A program made the position numbers and the translations under genes. Of a stretch of 64,000 bases of DNA, positions 48,011-60,649 are shown one piece after another. The stretch lies in contig MCFH01000009.1 of NCBI GenBank assembly GCA_002104945.1, forward strand, positions 930,001-994,000, given 5' to 3'. Below the pieces are notes generated by a model. That model was not told the origin of the DNA. It was given only the letters and a program-made list of their open reading frames with translations, and ran no database searches. This DNA comes from Piromyces finnis finn (taxonomy: Eukaryota > Fungi > Neocallimastigomycota). Each line of letters opens with the position of its first letter. The first letter of the stretch is position 1.

Positions 48011-49430
48011 ATGGAAAACAGTAATAATGAAATCGATATTCTTATTAATTCAATTGGTTCAGGATACGAAGATAAATTTAAAAATTTAAAATTTAAGTTA
48101 TCTAATACTACCACATCATCAAATATTATAAATGAAAATGATACTATTTCATATAATGATAATGATATATCATGTAAAGAAAGAAATATAGAATTAGAAA
48201 ATATTAATTTAAATGGTATGTTAATAATAATATTATCTTATAACATTATTACGAATTTATAAAGTTATAAAATTAATTATTATTTAATTTATTATGCGAA
48301 ATAAATTTATATATATATATATTTTTTTTTTTAAACTTTTTTACGATTTTAACATTTTGATTAATTTTTTAACTAATGTTTTTAATGATTTTATTTTTTT
48401 ATATACTCAATAAATAAAAATTTATTCAATGCAATTCATATAATATGGAAATAAAATTAAATACATAAAAGAGCAAAATTCAATATTATCTAATGAACCT
48501 GTTAACATTACACCTACAGTTCAGCAAGTTAATAATATAACTCAGATAAATGATAAAAATAATAATGGAATGCCTATACTTAATGCAGCAACTTTATTAA
48601 ATAGAAATCAAATAATTAATAATAATGTCAATTCAGAAAATCCTTCGTTAATTCCACCTGTAATAAGTCTTCAACAACCCCAACCAGCTGCACTTCCAAA
48701 CTTCCAAATACCCATATTCCAACAACCTCCACCACCAAATGTGCACCCGGGTTTATTTTCCTATCCATATGCAAATATAAATATACCAGCATTAAATCCT
48801 TTAATAGTCCAAAATACAATTGTTTATAATAAATTAATTCGAAATCCATTCTTCATTGAAATATTGAATACCCATAGAGAATTAATCTATAATACTACAA
48901 TTATTTCTCTTTTTAATAAAGATCATAGTGCTGATGGTAAAGGCTTAGATATCGAAGAAATTAAAAAGCAAAAGCCGGAAATAGGAAATAACCCAGGACT
49001 ACTATCTCTACTTCATTATTCACCTGAAATAGAAGAGGATCGTTTTCTATATACTCTTCTCTGTCAAAAACCAGAATTGGCTTCCAATCTCATTCGCTCT
49101 ATTCTTTATTTCCAAGATCCAACATTACATAATTTACCAATTCTGACTACTTTTCCTAACTCAGAGCCTATGGAAATACAAAATACTATCAATTTATCAA
49201 AAGATAATTTACAACAAAATGATATATTAGAAAGAAATAATGATAATGACGAAATTAATGATAATAGAAACTCTAATAATGATAATACAAAATCAGATCA
49301 AAGTAAAACATATATATTTAATTATTTAGACGATTCAAGTAATAATCATAATAACGACATGACTAATGAAAATAATAAGAAAACGTATGTATTTGAAGAT
49401 CCATCTGATGTTGAAGATGAATCTGATTAA
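48011..49430 (+). CDS. Hypothetical two-exon protein (Asn-rich ends, Pro/Gln-rich segment, central helical region)
   Basis: Exon 1 from ATG 48011 ends AAT G|gtatg. An in-phase acceptor aaag|AG CAA at ~48472 leads into ORF 48570-49430. No family recognised. Confidence 0.65.
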
Positions 49431-50733
49431 GAATAAAATAATGATCACAAAAGAGATAATCATTATAGTATCACTAGCTTATTATCGTTAATTTGATATA
49501 TTTGATAGAAAAAGAATGACTCGCAGTATAATAATAATTATTATCATAAGCAAAAATATGTGTTTAAATATCCAGACGATGATTAATATAAAACAATTGT
49601 AATTGCAAAATAAAATTAATTATTCAAAATATTAAATAATAATGTTAAAAAATAATAATATTATTATTATTATTATTTCCATAGGAATCTATTTTTTTAT
49701 TTTTTATTTTTTATTTTTTTTTTTTTAAAAAAAAAAAATACATTAAATTAGTATATTAAATCAAATGAAATTGATAAAAGAAAAAAAGTTTAATAAATGT
49801 TTAAAGTATTCAGTATAATGAAATTATATTGAATATAATATTGGCATTAAACTATTTTCAAATCTTTTCTTTTTAAAAATTAAAAATAATAATATTATAA
49901 TATTAAATACGAAAAGATTTTTTATTGGCTTTACACTTTTATTAAACTCAATAATTTTTATAATATAAAATATTATTTTATACCATGAACATAATAATTA
50001 TAATTGCTATTTTAGTTTTCTGTTTTTCTTTTATTTGAAATTTAATTTTGAATATACTAAAATTTTTCTAAATATTGTTATTATTGAAAATTTAAAAAAA
50101 AAAAAAATAAATTCTTTTTTTTTTTTTTACATTATAATTTTTGATTTTTAACATAATAGATAATAATCAATAATTATATCTGTAATAATTTACTTTACTC
50201 TGGGATAATACAGCAGGTGCACTATTTATATAATTAGCACTTTTTTTTTTTTAATTATATATTTTTTCTCTTTACTTTCTTTATCATAAAATAAATAATA
50301 TAAAAAGTTACATTGAATATCTAAATAATTTTTATAGATATTATATATTTTTTTTTAAATGTCGAATTTTTTTTAATATCATAACATGTATCTTTGATAT
50401 TATTTATTAGCTTTTCTTATAATGTCTTATTGTCTTTTATAAATTTCGATTTCTGATTACAGTTTATAAAAACAAAAATTAAATGTATTGTCCAATTGTT
50501 GTATATCCCAACTACTTTATCGTTATTTCTACTATAAATAATATATTAATATATTATTATTTGTTTTTACTGAAAATATATATACTTGTATTTTTAGCAT
50601 TTCTATTTATCTTTCTTAATTATTAATTTATTTACTTTTTTCAGTTTATTTAGTTAATTAGCTTATTGTTGATTTTTATAAATATTTTTATATAAAAATT
50701 ATTTATATTTCTTATTTAGTGCTTTTTTTTTCT

Positions 50734-50777
<44 letters not shown>

Positions 50778-50867
50778 TTGTTTTAATTTACTTTTTATCA
50801 CTATGTTTTTTCTTTCATTGATTTTGGTTATTAATTATTTTTTAATTCATTTTTATTATATTAATTT

Positions 50868-53800
50868 TTAAATTGAATATTCATTGTTTGATTTATTTTT
50901 TAACTTCTTTCTCATGGCATCAACTTCAGATCTCATCTAAAAATTTTATTTAAAAATGAAAATATTTAATTATACTATTATTATACATAATATAAATTAT
51001 GGCAAAGAAATACTTATTTCTAATTATATTATTTAATGTAATATTTTTTTTTTTTTTTTTTTTTTTTTTTGAAATTTTACCTTACTTATACGTTCCATAA
51101 TTTGAGCATTATTAGAGACTGGAGAAGAATTTGGTCTTCCAACTCTTTTTTCATATGAGTAATTAGAACTGGTATCAGACATTGAATCTCTTTGACGATT
51201 TTGTTCCTTTTTTAAATCATCTTTTACATTTTGAAGTTCAACTTCATTTTGACGATTTGATTTAATTAAATTTTCTTTCTCATTTATAAGCTTACTAATA
51301 GACATCTTCAAGCTTTCAATTTCATGATTCTTATGTTTTTCTATAGTTTCAAGCTGTCTATTTAATTCGTCAAATTTATTAGATTTTTGTTTTAATTCAT
51401 GTTCAAGTTGATTTATAGTATTTTCCTTGTCATCAAGCATTATTGAGAATTTTTGAATCATTGTATTCTTTTCTTCTAATTGTTGGTTCATTTCAATATT
51501 ATTTTCTTTAAGTTGTTGTTGAAGTAATTTAACAACCTTACTATTTTCTTCCTCCTTTTTGGATAGTGAAAATCTTTCTTGATCAATAATATTATTATGA
51601 TTTTCTAAAAGGTTTTCATACTTTTTGCCTAAAGAATCATAACGATCTTGTAATATTAATAATTCTTTTTCTACTTGATGTTGTTTCTTGAGAGTATCGT
51701 CTCTTTCCTCCATTAAATTAGAGATAAGTTGTTTCTCCGAGTCATCATTCATTTCAATTGATGATGGTGGTGCTGGGAATTTAATATTTTCGTTTAAAGG
51801 TTTACCCATAATATTTTGACATTGGCAAAGACATTCATATAACCAATAAACACGTTTTGTTAACTCTTCTGGATTTTGTTTATTGAAATGACGATTTGAT
51901 TCTAATATTTGTTGAAGTGAATAAACTTCCTTCGATTTGTCGATACTTTTCATTGGAGGAGAAGCAGGTGGTGTATTATAAGTATCTATAATGTTGTTAG
52001 AATCTTCTAAATCTTTTTTAACCTTCGCTAATTCCTCTTTACTTCTTTGTAATTCATATTCTAATTGGCTAATTCTGTCCTTGGATTGTTCTAATTCTTC
52101 CTCAATTCTTGATGTTTGAACTATATCACTGGCTAATGAATATTTTTTTATATTACTATTTTCATTATTATTATTATTATTTATACCTAATGCAATAATA
52201 TCTTCTTTTTCTTTTAATTGATTTTCTAATGTGTGAACTAAACGAGCTCTATGAACAATTTTTCTTTCTAAATCTGTGCATTTTTTTTGAATTTCTTTAT
52301 TCTCTTCAATGACATCTTCATATTTTCTTTCTAAATCACCTTTCTGATTACGAAGTGTCTTTACTTCATCAAGAATTGGATCCATACGTTTCTTTAATGA
52401 ATCATAATCTCTTTGTAAAAACTCCATATCAGCGTTAATCTTTTCCTTATCTTTCTTTAATTCTTCAACTTCTGCCAAGCTTTTATTTAAATTTTCACGA
52501 AGAGTTTGAGATTCTGAAGACATAGCATCAATTAGTAATGGACTAGTAGGTTCTGGAGGTGTTGCGTTAAAATTAATATCTCTAGACATATTTACAGCAT
52601 CTTTTTGAACTTTACTCAAAGTCTGTGTGAAAGTACGTGAAGCAAAAGTATTAAATAAATTAACAGTAAAAGCAATATTTAAATTTTTATTTCCATTAAC
52701 AACATCAATAGGAGTTAAGAATTTTCTACATCCTAATTTATCTGCCAATAAAAGCATACGTTCAGCACGTTTTAGCCAATCTTGTTCTTCTTCAGGAATA
52801 AAATTAGCAGATTGGCCATGGAATTCCTCTTTAACTATACTACCTAAATATTGAAGAACAATTGTATAACATATGGAATCACGAAGATCTAATGACCATT
52901 GAGCAATTCTTTTTGATGTTTTATTTGTAATTTGTAATATATCATTAAACCAACGGAGTACCAATTCTTCTGCTGGTAATGCATTTAATGATTTTTCTGT
53001 TAATGCCATTTTTTTCCTTTCCAAATCAACTTTTTTAAATAAGCCAATCTTTAATAGGTTATATAAAATAATAATTCATATATATGTGATTAGACATAAT
53101 TAAAAAATTACAAGAATATTAACGGTTATGAACATCTTATTTTAAAAAAATTGAATAATTAAAATAAAAACCTTAATAATTTGCCAAACTAAACCTAAAC
53201 ATAAATGTGGAATTCCTCTCATAATATCCTGTGGGCCTATATTCCATAACTGAAGACCGTATCTTTTTGCAGTTTCAAGAACAATTGAATGATTCTTAAT
53301 AAACGATTATTTAAATATATGAAAAAAATTAATATATTATCATAAACCATTAATAAAATCAATGTTTTATTAATATGAATCAAAACTTTTAATAAAAAAA
53401 GTACTAAACATTATATATTGAAGTTAAAATTTATAACTACTGTTCTAACCTCATACATATGAACTGCAATTTTTGGATCAGGGATAATTAAAGATTCATC
53501 AATAGCTCCTGGAATAGCATCATTGATTAACTTAACTAAAAGAATGCCAGATTTTAAGGCTTCAAAAAGATCAATTTTTCCATCAGTACGTTTTGGATTA
53601 TCATTTTGAGTATTCAAAAGATGTAATAATAAATCTTTTACATCCTTATCGTCTTTTAACTTCGATTTTATCCAATCAACGTATGCATTTAGCTCAGTTT
53701 CATCAATAGCATGGAAACTTTCATTCTTATGTTTTGGCGCAACAGTATTAGCTGCAGGAACAGCTGTTATTTATTGAAATAATAAATAATAATTAATTAA

Positions 53801-53905
53801 TATTACAAATTATCATGATACATGATATATATTTATTGTATATATAAATAGTAATTAATATATTGTTCAATAATTACTTGAAAAAACTCTTCTTTGGGAA
53901 AGCAT
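50868..53905 (-). CDS. Protein with one fimbrin-type actin-binding domain (CH1-CH2) followed by a long coiled coil
   Basis: MLSQRRVFS|TVPAA..ELNAYVDWI..DLFEALKSGILLVKLINDAIPGAIDE..|NHSIVLETAKRYGLQLWNIGPQDIMRGIPHLCLGLVWQII|KIGL..LPAEELVLRWFN..DLRDSICY..RAERMLLLADKLGCRKFLTPIDVVNGNKNLNIAFTVNLFN, then heptad-rich sequence to a final exon MRSEVDAMRKK..YSI*. Confidence 0.85.
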
Positions 53906-53936
53906 TTTTATATATAATATTTTAATATTATGTATA

Positions 53937-53971
<35 letters not shown>

Positions 53972-55092
53972 AATTAAGTGTTTAAATTAATAAATATATA
54001 GTCTTATAAATAAATAGTTTTTATAAAACAATTAGATGATAGTTATTTGTTATATAATTTTGTAGTTTTTATATTTATAAATTCGAATTTGTATATAATG
54101 TTTTTTTTGTAAATAAATAAAATATTCTTTATTGTATATTTAACAAACTCAAATTATTTTTATTTTATTTACTAAAATAAATTTTATTAAGAAAAATAAA
54201 GAATAAATTAGTTTATTAGTCAAAAAAAAAAAAACTTTTATATATAAAATGAAAAAGAAAAAGGTATAATAAATAAATAAAAAAGAAAGAAAATATTAAC
54301 ATTAAATTTTATAATCTTTAATTTGAACTTACTTTTATATATATATATAAATTATTGAAATTTATGCGCTATATTAAATTTTCTAAAAATTGAAAATTGC
54401 TGGTATAATATAAAATTAATTTAAGTTTAAATAAAAACGTGAATATATCTACGATATCTGTATTTGTATTATGCGATATATATTTATTCAAAGTAAATTG
54501 CTATATTTTTACTTTAAACCAAAAAAATTATACTAATATAAATGTTTGCCTTCTTTCTCTTTCTTTTTAAAAATAATAATAATAATAATAATATATCTTT
54601 TGTATATGTTATAATTGTTTTATGGTTTTATAAAAAAAAATAAAAAAGTATAATTAAATATTTTCAATAATAAAATATTTTCCCTTTTCTCAATTTAATG
54701 TCAATTTTTTTATTATTATTTCTGTTCTCTTAATCTCTTTATATATTATTATGTAATTAAGCAATTTTTATTATCTTTTTTAATAATGACTTTTATTAAA
54801 TTGATAATAGGTTTACATAATAATGTGACTTATTGATTAATTGTTGAATTATACTTTTTGTTAATATTATATTAATAAATAGAATATATTGTTTAAAAAG
54901 AAAAAAAAAAAAAGAAAAAGAAAAAGAAAAATTAATAGTTATGTATTGATATTGTTATTTTAATAATATGAATTCTTTAATATATTTATATTAATGCTCT
55001 TAATAAATACCATTATAAAGAATAAGTTAAAAAATGTTGTTTTTTTTTTTTATATATATATAAAGATATATCAATATTATTTAAAAAGAATA

Positions 55093-55093
<1 letters not shown>

Positions 55094-55123
<30 letters not shown>

Positions 55124-55128
55124 AAGAA
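55094..55128. repeat. (GAA)n microsatellite, intergenic
   Basis: About 11 GAA units. Confidence 0.85.
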
Positions 55129-57031
55129 AAAGAAAAATGTTTTATCGAAATTAATTAAATACTTATTAAAATAACTTTATTAAAAATTAATAAAAAGGAA
55201 AAAAAAAAATATTAATTAAAAATTTTATTTTATAATAAATATATATATATATATATTTATATATTTTTTTTTTACTTTAATAGTAATTAATAAAAATTTT
55301 TATAATTAAAATATTACTTTAAAAACCATTATTTAAATTATTTTCTCTTTAAAAGGAATTTATCGTTTAAAGTGGTGGGTGGTGGGTGGATTTATAATTA
55401 AATAGGTATTATTTATTATTATTTATATATGTATTATTTTCATTTATTCTTCATATATTATTCAATTACTTAAATATAATATTTTAATTTCAATGCATAG
55501 AATATTATATTACATTTGTATAATTTTCAATTTAAATAATTTATTAGGCTTTTTCATAAATATTCTATATTAATTGTTAATATATATTGTTATATATATT
55601 ATAATTTATTTTAATATGTCATGTTTAATGAATTTAATTTATTTTATAATTTTTAAAAAATTTTATTTTTAAATGTTAAATTGATATTTTAAAAAATTTT
55701 GGAAGAAGTGACAGCAGTAAGTAAAATAAAGAATAGTTATTAAATTTATATAATAGTTAAAAGACATTAGAACTTTAATGAAGATGATAATATCTAATAT
55801 CTATATCCATTATTTCTTTTACTATATATAAATAATAAAGAAAAAATATTTAATAAAACTTTATAATAATAATATAATAATGTACAACCATTACGTTTCA
55901 CTATCAAATAGTTTAACGACTAAGTTGAAGAACTATTTTGAGAATTTTTCTGGCTAAACTTCTGCCTGAGGTCAGATTTCTTCTGGCTAAATCCTCCAAA
56001 AATCTAGGATATATACTAATTCATCGAAATTTATAATAATCCAAATTGTATTAATAAATATGATAGTTTAGAAAAATAATATAATAAAATAAACTAAATA
56101 TTTACTATTGTTGTTTTTATAATATAATAAATATTTAATTATTTTAAGGATATTAATATATTAGAAATATTAACACCCATATGTTTAAATATTAATAGTT
56201 CATTAAATACTAACATTTTTGTATTATATCATATATCGTATCGTATATTGTATTAATGTTGTACAACACTAGCTTTCTAACATGGCTTATAAATAAATTA
56301 TTATAAAATGTATCAAGCCATAAAATGGATTATTATTTATTATTTTTCTTATATTTTAAAAAGTAAATAAAAATTAATTATTAAAACTATTTTCAAAAAT
56401 AATTAATTAAATTATTAATTAAAATATTTAATTATAAATAAAATTTTCATACTATATAATACCATACCAAAATACCAAAATATTATAAAAATAAAAAAAT
56501 ATATTTTTATGGAAAAGAAAAATATACAAAATATTTTTTTATTTGAATTTTGATCCATCATTATTAATAATAAAAAAATAATAAATTAAAAGCAACAACA
56601 AATTAAATAAAATCACATCGTTTCAATAATATTAATTTATACGTTTATAAAGGTTTTTATTAATTTTTTTAATATATGTTATATACAAGTATAAAAGAAT
56701 AACAATTGATCCAAAAATTTAGAAATTTAAAAAAAAATATATAGATATTATATTTTCATACTTTATTTTATATATTTTATTTTGATTTATGAAATGACTT
56801 TTTACTAGTAAATAAATGAATTTAAATATTGAGGTATACTTATATCTTCAGTATAAATTAAAATGAATCACTAAAAATTTAATTCACAAATGAAAATTTA
56901 AATTCAAAAAGATGTATTATACCTAAATAGAAATTTCATTTATAATTTCAATATATTTAAAAATATATAGTATTAGATTTTAATAATGTCTTTTATTATT
57001 ATAATATATGTATAGAAATAATAATATAAAA

Positions 57032-58730
57032 ATGGCAGCAAAGACTGGATTTAATTTTGACAATTATCAAAGGTTTGTGCAATTAAAAAAATGAAATCTT
57101 AATTTTTTTTATAATTATTCATTTATTAATAAATATATTTAATTGATTTTATATCTAATATATTTAATATATATAATAAAAAACATATTAATAATAAAAT
57201 TATAAAATTTCAGAAACTTGTTTATGGAATATGGAAAGGGAAACAACATGAAACTTCCAAAAGCTACCAAAACTGGTACAACTATTGTTGGTTTAATGTT
57301 TAAAGTAAATGAATATTAATATAAAATTTAATGTTGTGATCAATAACATAAAGTTAAAATAACATTGTTAAAATAAATAAATAGATTATTCATATAATAA
57401 ATTCATATAATGATTTTCATACTTATTTTAAATAATTATTTTCTTTCTTATTATTTTTTTTTTAAAATGTACGATTTCATCAAAATAAATTAAAAATATT
57501 ATAAAAATGAAAGGATGGTATTGTTTTAGGTGCCGATACCCGTGCTACTGAAGGACCAATTGTTGCCGATAAAAACTGTGAAAAAATTCACTATATTGCA
57601 CCAAATATGTATTGTTGTGGTGCTGGTACTGCTGCTGATACTGAAATGACTACTGCTTTAATCAGTTCAAACATTGAATTACATTGTTTAAATACTGGAA
57701 GAGAAGCTAGAGTTGTTACTGCAATGACTATGCTTAAACAACTTTTATTCAAGTATATTTTACTTTTATTTAATATTTTTTTATATTTTAAAATAATATA
57801 TATTTTCTCACATTCATAAAAAATGTGTTTGCACGTTTTTAAAAACTTCTCTATTATTTTAAATTAAAATTAGTTATTTATGTTATATTATTAAACCTCC
57901 ATATGTTTAAATATTTAATTTCAAATTAAACTTATTTTAATTAATAGATATCAAGGTCATATTGGTGCCGCTTTAATTTTAGGTGGTGTTGATTGTACAG
58001 GACCACATTTATACACTATTTACCCACATGGTAGTACTGATAAACTTCCATATGTTACTATGGGTTCTGGTTCATTAGCAGCTATGGCAGTATTTGAAGC
58101 AAAATACAAAAAAGATTTAGAAGTAATTAAAGTTTTTAAGATTTTTATTCCAAATTACAAAAATAAATAATTAATATTATTACAAACAAAATATTCACAA
58201 AACTATTTCATATTGAATTATTATATTAAATAAATTTAATATTAATATATTATAATCAATTAATTCACTAATATGAAAATAGCGTCAAGAAGCTATTGAC
58301 CTTGTTGCTGAAGCCATTCAAGCTGGTATTTTTAACGATATGGGTTCTGGTAGTAACGTTGATGTTTGTGTCCTTACTAAGGGTAAAGTTGACTATTTAA
58401 GAAACTATATAAAACCAAATGTCAGAAAAGAAAAGGAACAAGTTTACAAATTCAATATTGGTGTTACACGTAAATATAATAATATTTACATTACTATTAT
58501 TAATATTATTAACATTATTTTTATATGAATGTTAATTCATTATTATTATTATCATTAATTTTTTTTTTTCGCATATTAATACATCATTTTATTTTTTATA
58601 TATTATTTTATATAATGTTTAAAAATATACATAATTACGTTATTATTTATTTCACACAGCTGTTATAAAAGAAAGTATCAGAAACCTTGTTGATGTTGTT
58701 GATGTTAACGAAATGGAAATAGATCAATAA
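57032..58730 (+). CDS. PUP1: 20S proteasome subunit beta2 (trypsin-like; Pup1/PSMB7)
   Basis: Propeptide ..[11 protein letters not shown] with catalytic Thr1, then [70 protein letters not shown] and [12 protein letters not shown]. Confidence 0.97.
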
Positions 58731-59598
58731 ATAATTAATTGAAGAAATAATAATACTCTCACTAAACACAACTTTCATTATTATTCCAATTTTAATTACT
58801 ATAATTTTTCAAAAATTCATTCCAAATAAATACGAAAAAAAAAAAAAAAATGAAGAAAAATTGTAAAAAAAAAAAAAAAAAAAATATTATATTACAATAA
58901 AAAAAATAACATCTTAATAGCAATAATAATAATAATAATAATAATAACATTAATTATATTATTAATGTTAAAAATATAATCATATAATCACATTAATAAT
59001 CAAATAAATAAAATATATATATAAATATAACCTAAAAGAATATATATGTATATATAAGTTAAAATAAATTAAAATATTACAAAAATCTTTGACTAACTTT
59101 TATTTTAAACAAAAGTGTTATTCAAATATGCAAAGATGTTTATTTATATTGTATATCTAATTATTAAAAAAAATAGCTATAATTCATTTCAATTATATGA
59201 ATATATTTGGTTATAGTTTGTATATTTATATTGAATATAATTTTTCTGCTTGTTAATACATAAAATAACTATATAAAATAGTATGAAAAATTATATATTG
59301 TGTGTTATGTGTCTCAATTTTTAATATTAATAATTATTATTCTTGTTATTATTATTATCTTTTTTATTATACTATAATGTAATTTAATAAAGGTTCTTTT
59401 TTGTAAAATTGAATAAATAAATAAATTTATTTAAAAAAAATTCAAATTCTACACATAATAAATTGTTTGACAAAATAAAAATACATAATTATAATAAAAT
59501 GATAATTATTTCCATCACCCGAAAGTTACACCAAATATATAAAGATTATTTAATATAAATTTATTTATTATTACTTAAATTTTTTTACTTAGCAAATA

Positions 59599-60616
59599 AT
59601 GGATAACAATAATAATAATAAAAATATTAATAATAATGAAAGTAATAATAATAAAGATAATCTTTGCGATATTGACGATAAAAATAAAATAGATGATGAA
59701 AATGTCTTATATAGACTATCGTTAAATCCTAATAAAGGCGGTTTACAAAATGTTGATAAAGAAAAAATAAATAAAATTATTTATGAAGTATCAAAGGTAA
59801 AAATAATAATTTATCACTAATCCTATATAATTAATAAAATGTTTCTAAACATTGATTTCCATGTTTTATTAATTAATTATAAATATATTCATATAAGGGA
59901 AGTGCATTTTTTAAAAATGCAAAAGAAAAAGAAAAAGCACATTTTGAGAAAATTAAAGAAATTAAAAAAAAGTATTTATTTCTTAAAAATCAACCAATGG
60001 AATATGAAAAACAACAAATGAAAAATATAATGAATAAAATGGAAAGTGATAGGGATTTATCTCAATACATTGTTCATGTAGACATGGTAATTTTATTAGT
60101 ATATTTATCATTTATAATATAAATATTTTGTTTTTACTAATTTAATTAATATATAAGGATGGTATTTTTTATACTTTTTAATTTAAATTATTTTAATGAT
60201 AATGTTTCTATAAGAGATATATTTATTAAATTGTAAAACATTGCATTTAGCATTTTATGCTTCTGTAGAAGAATTAGATAATCCTGAATTAAAAAACAAA
60301 GTACTTTGTTTAATATATATATTATTATTTTATTTTTTTTTTTTTTTTTATTAATGTTTTTATCATTTTTAATTTCAAATAATATTTTCAAAAATTTTAA
60401 CAAGCCAATGGCTGTAGGGGTATGCATATCTTAAACTTTATTACTTATATAAAAAGTATATTTTCAATTACATTTGAACTTTTAATCTAATTCACAATTT
60501 TCTTAGTCGAAATCTATGTTATCAACAGCAAATTATGAAGGTAATAATATTTAATTGCTTTTTTTAAAAAAAAATTAATAATAATAATTAACGATGTTAA
60601 TAATCTTTAATATAAA

Positions 60617-60649
<33 letters not shown>

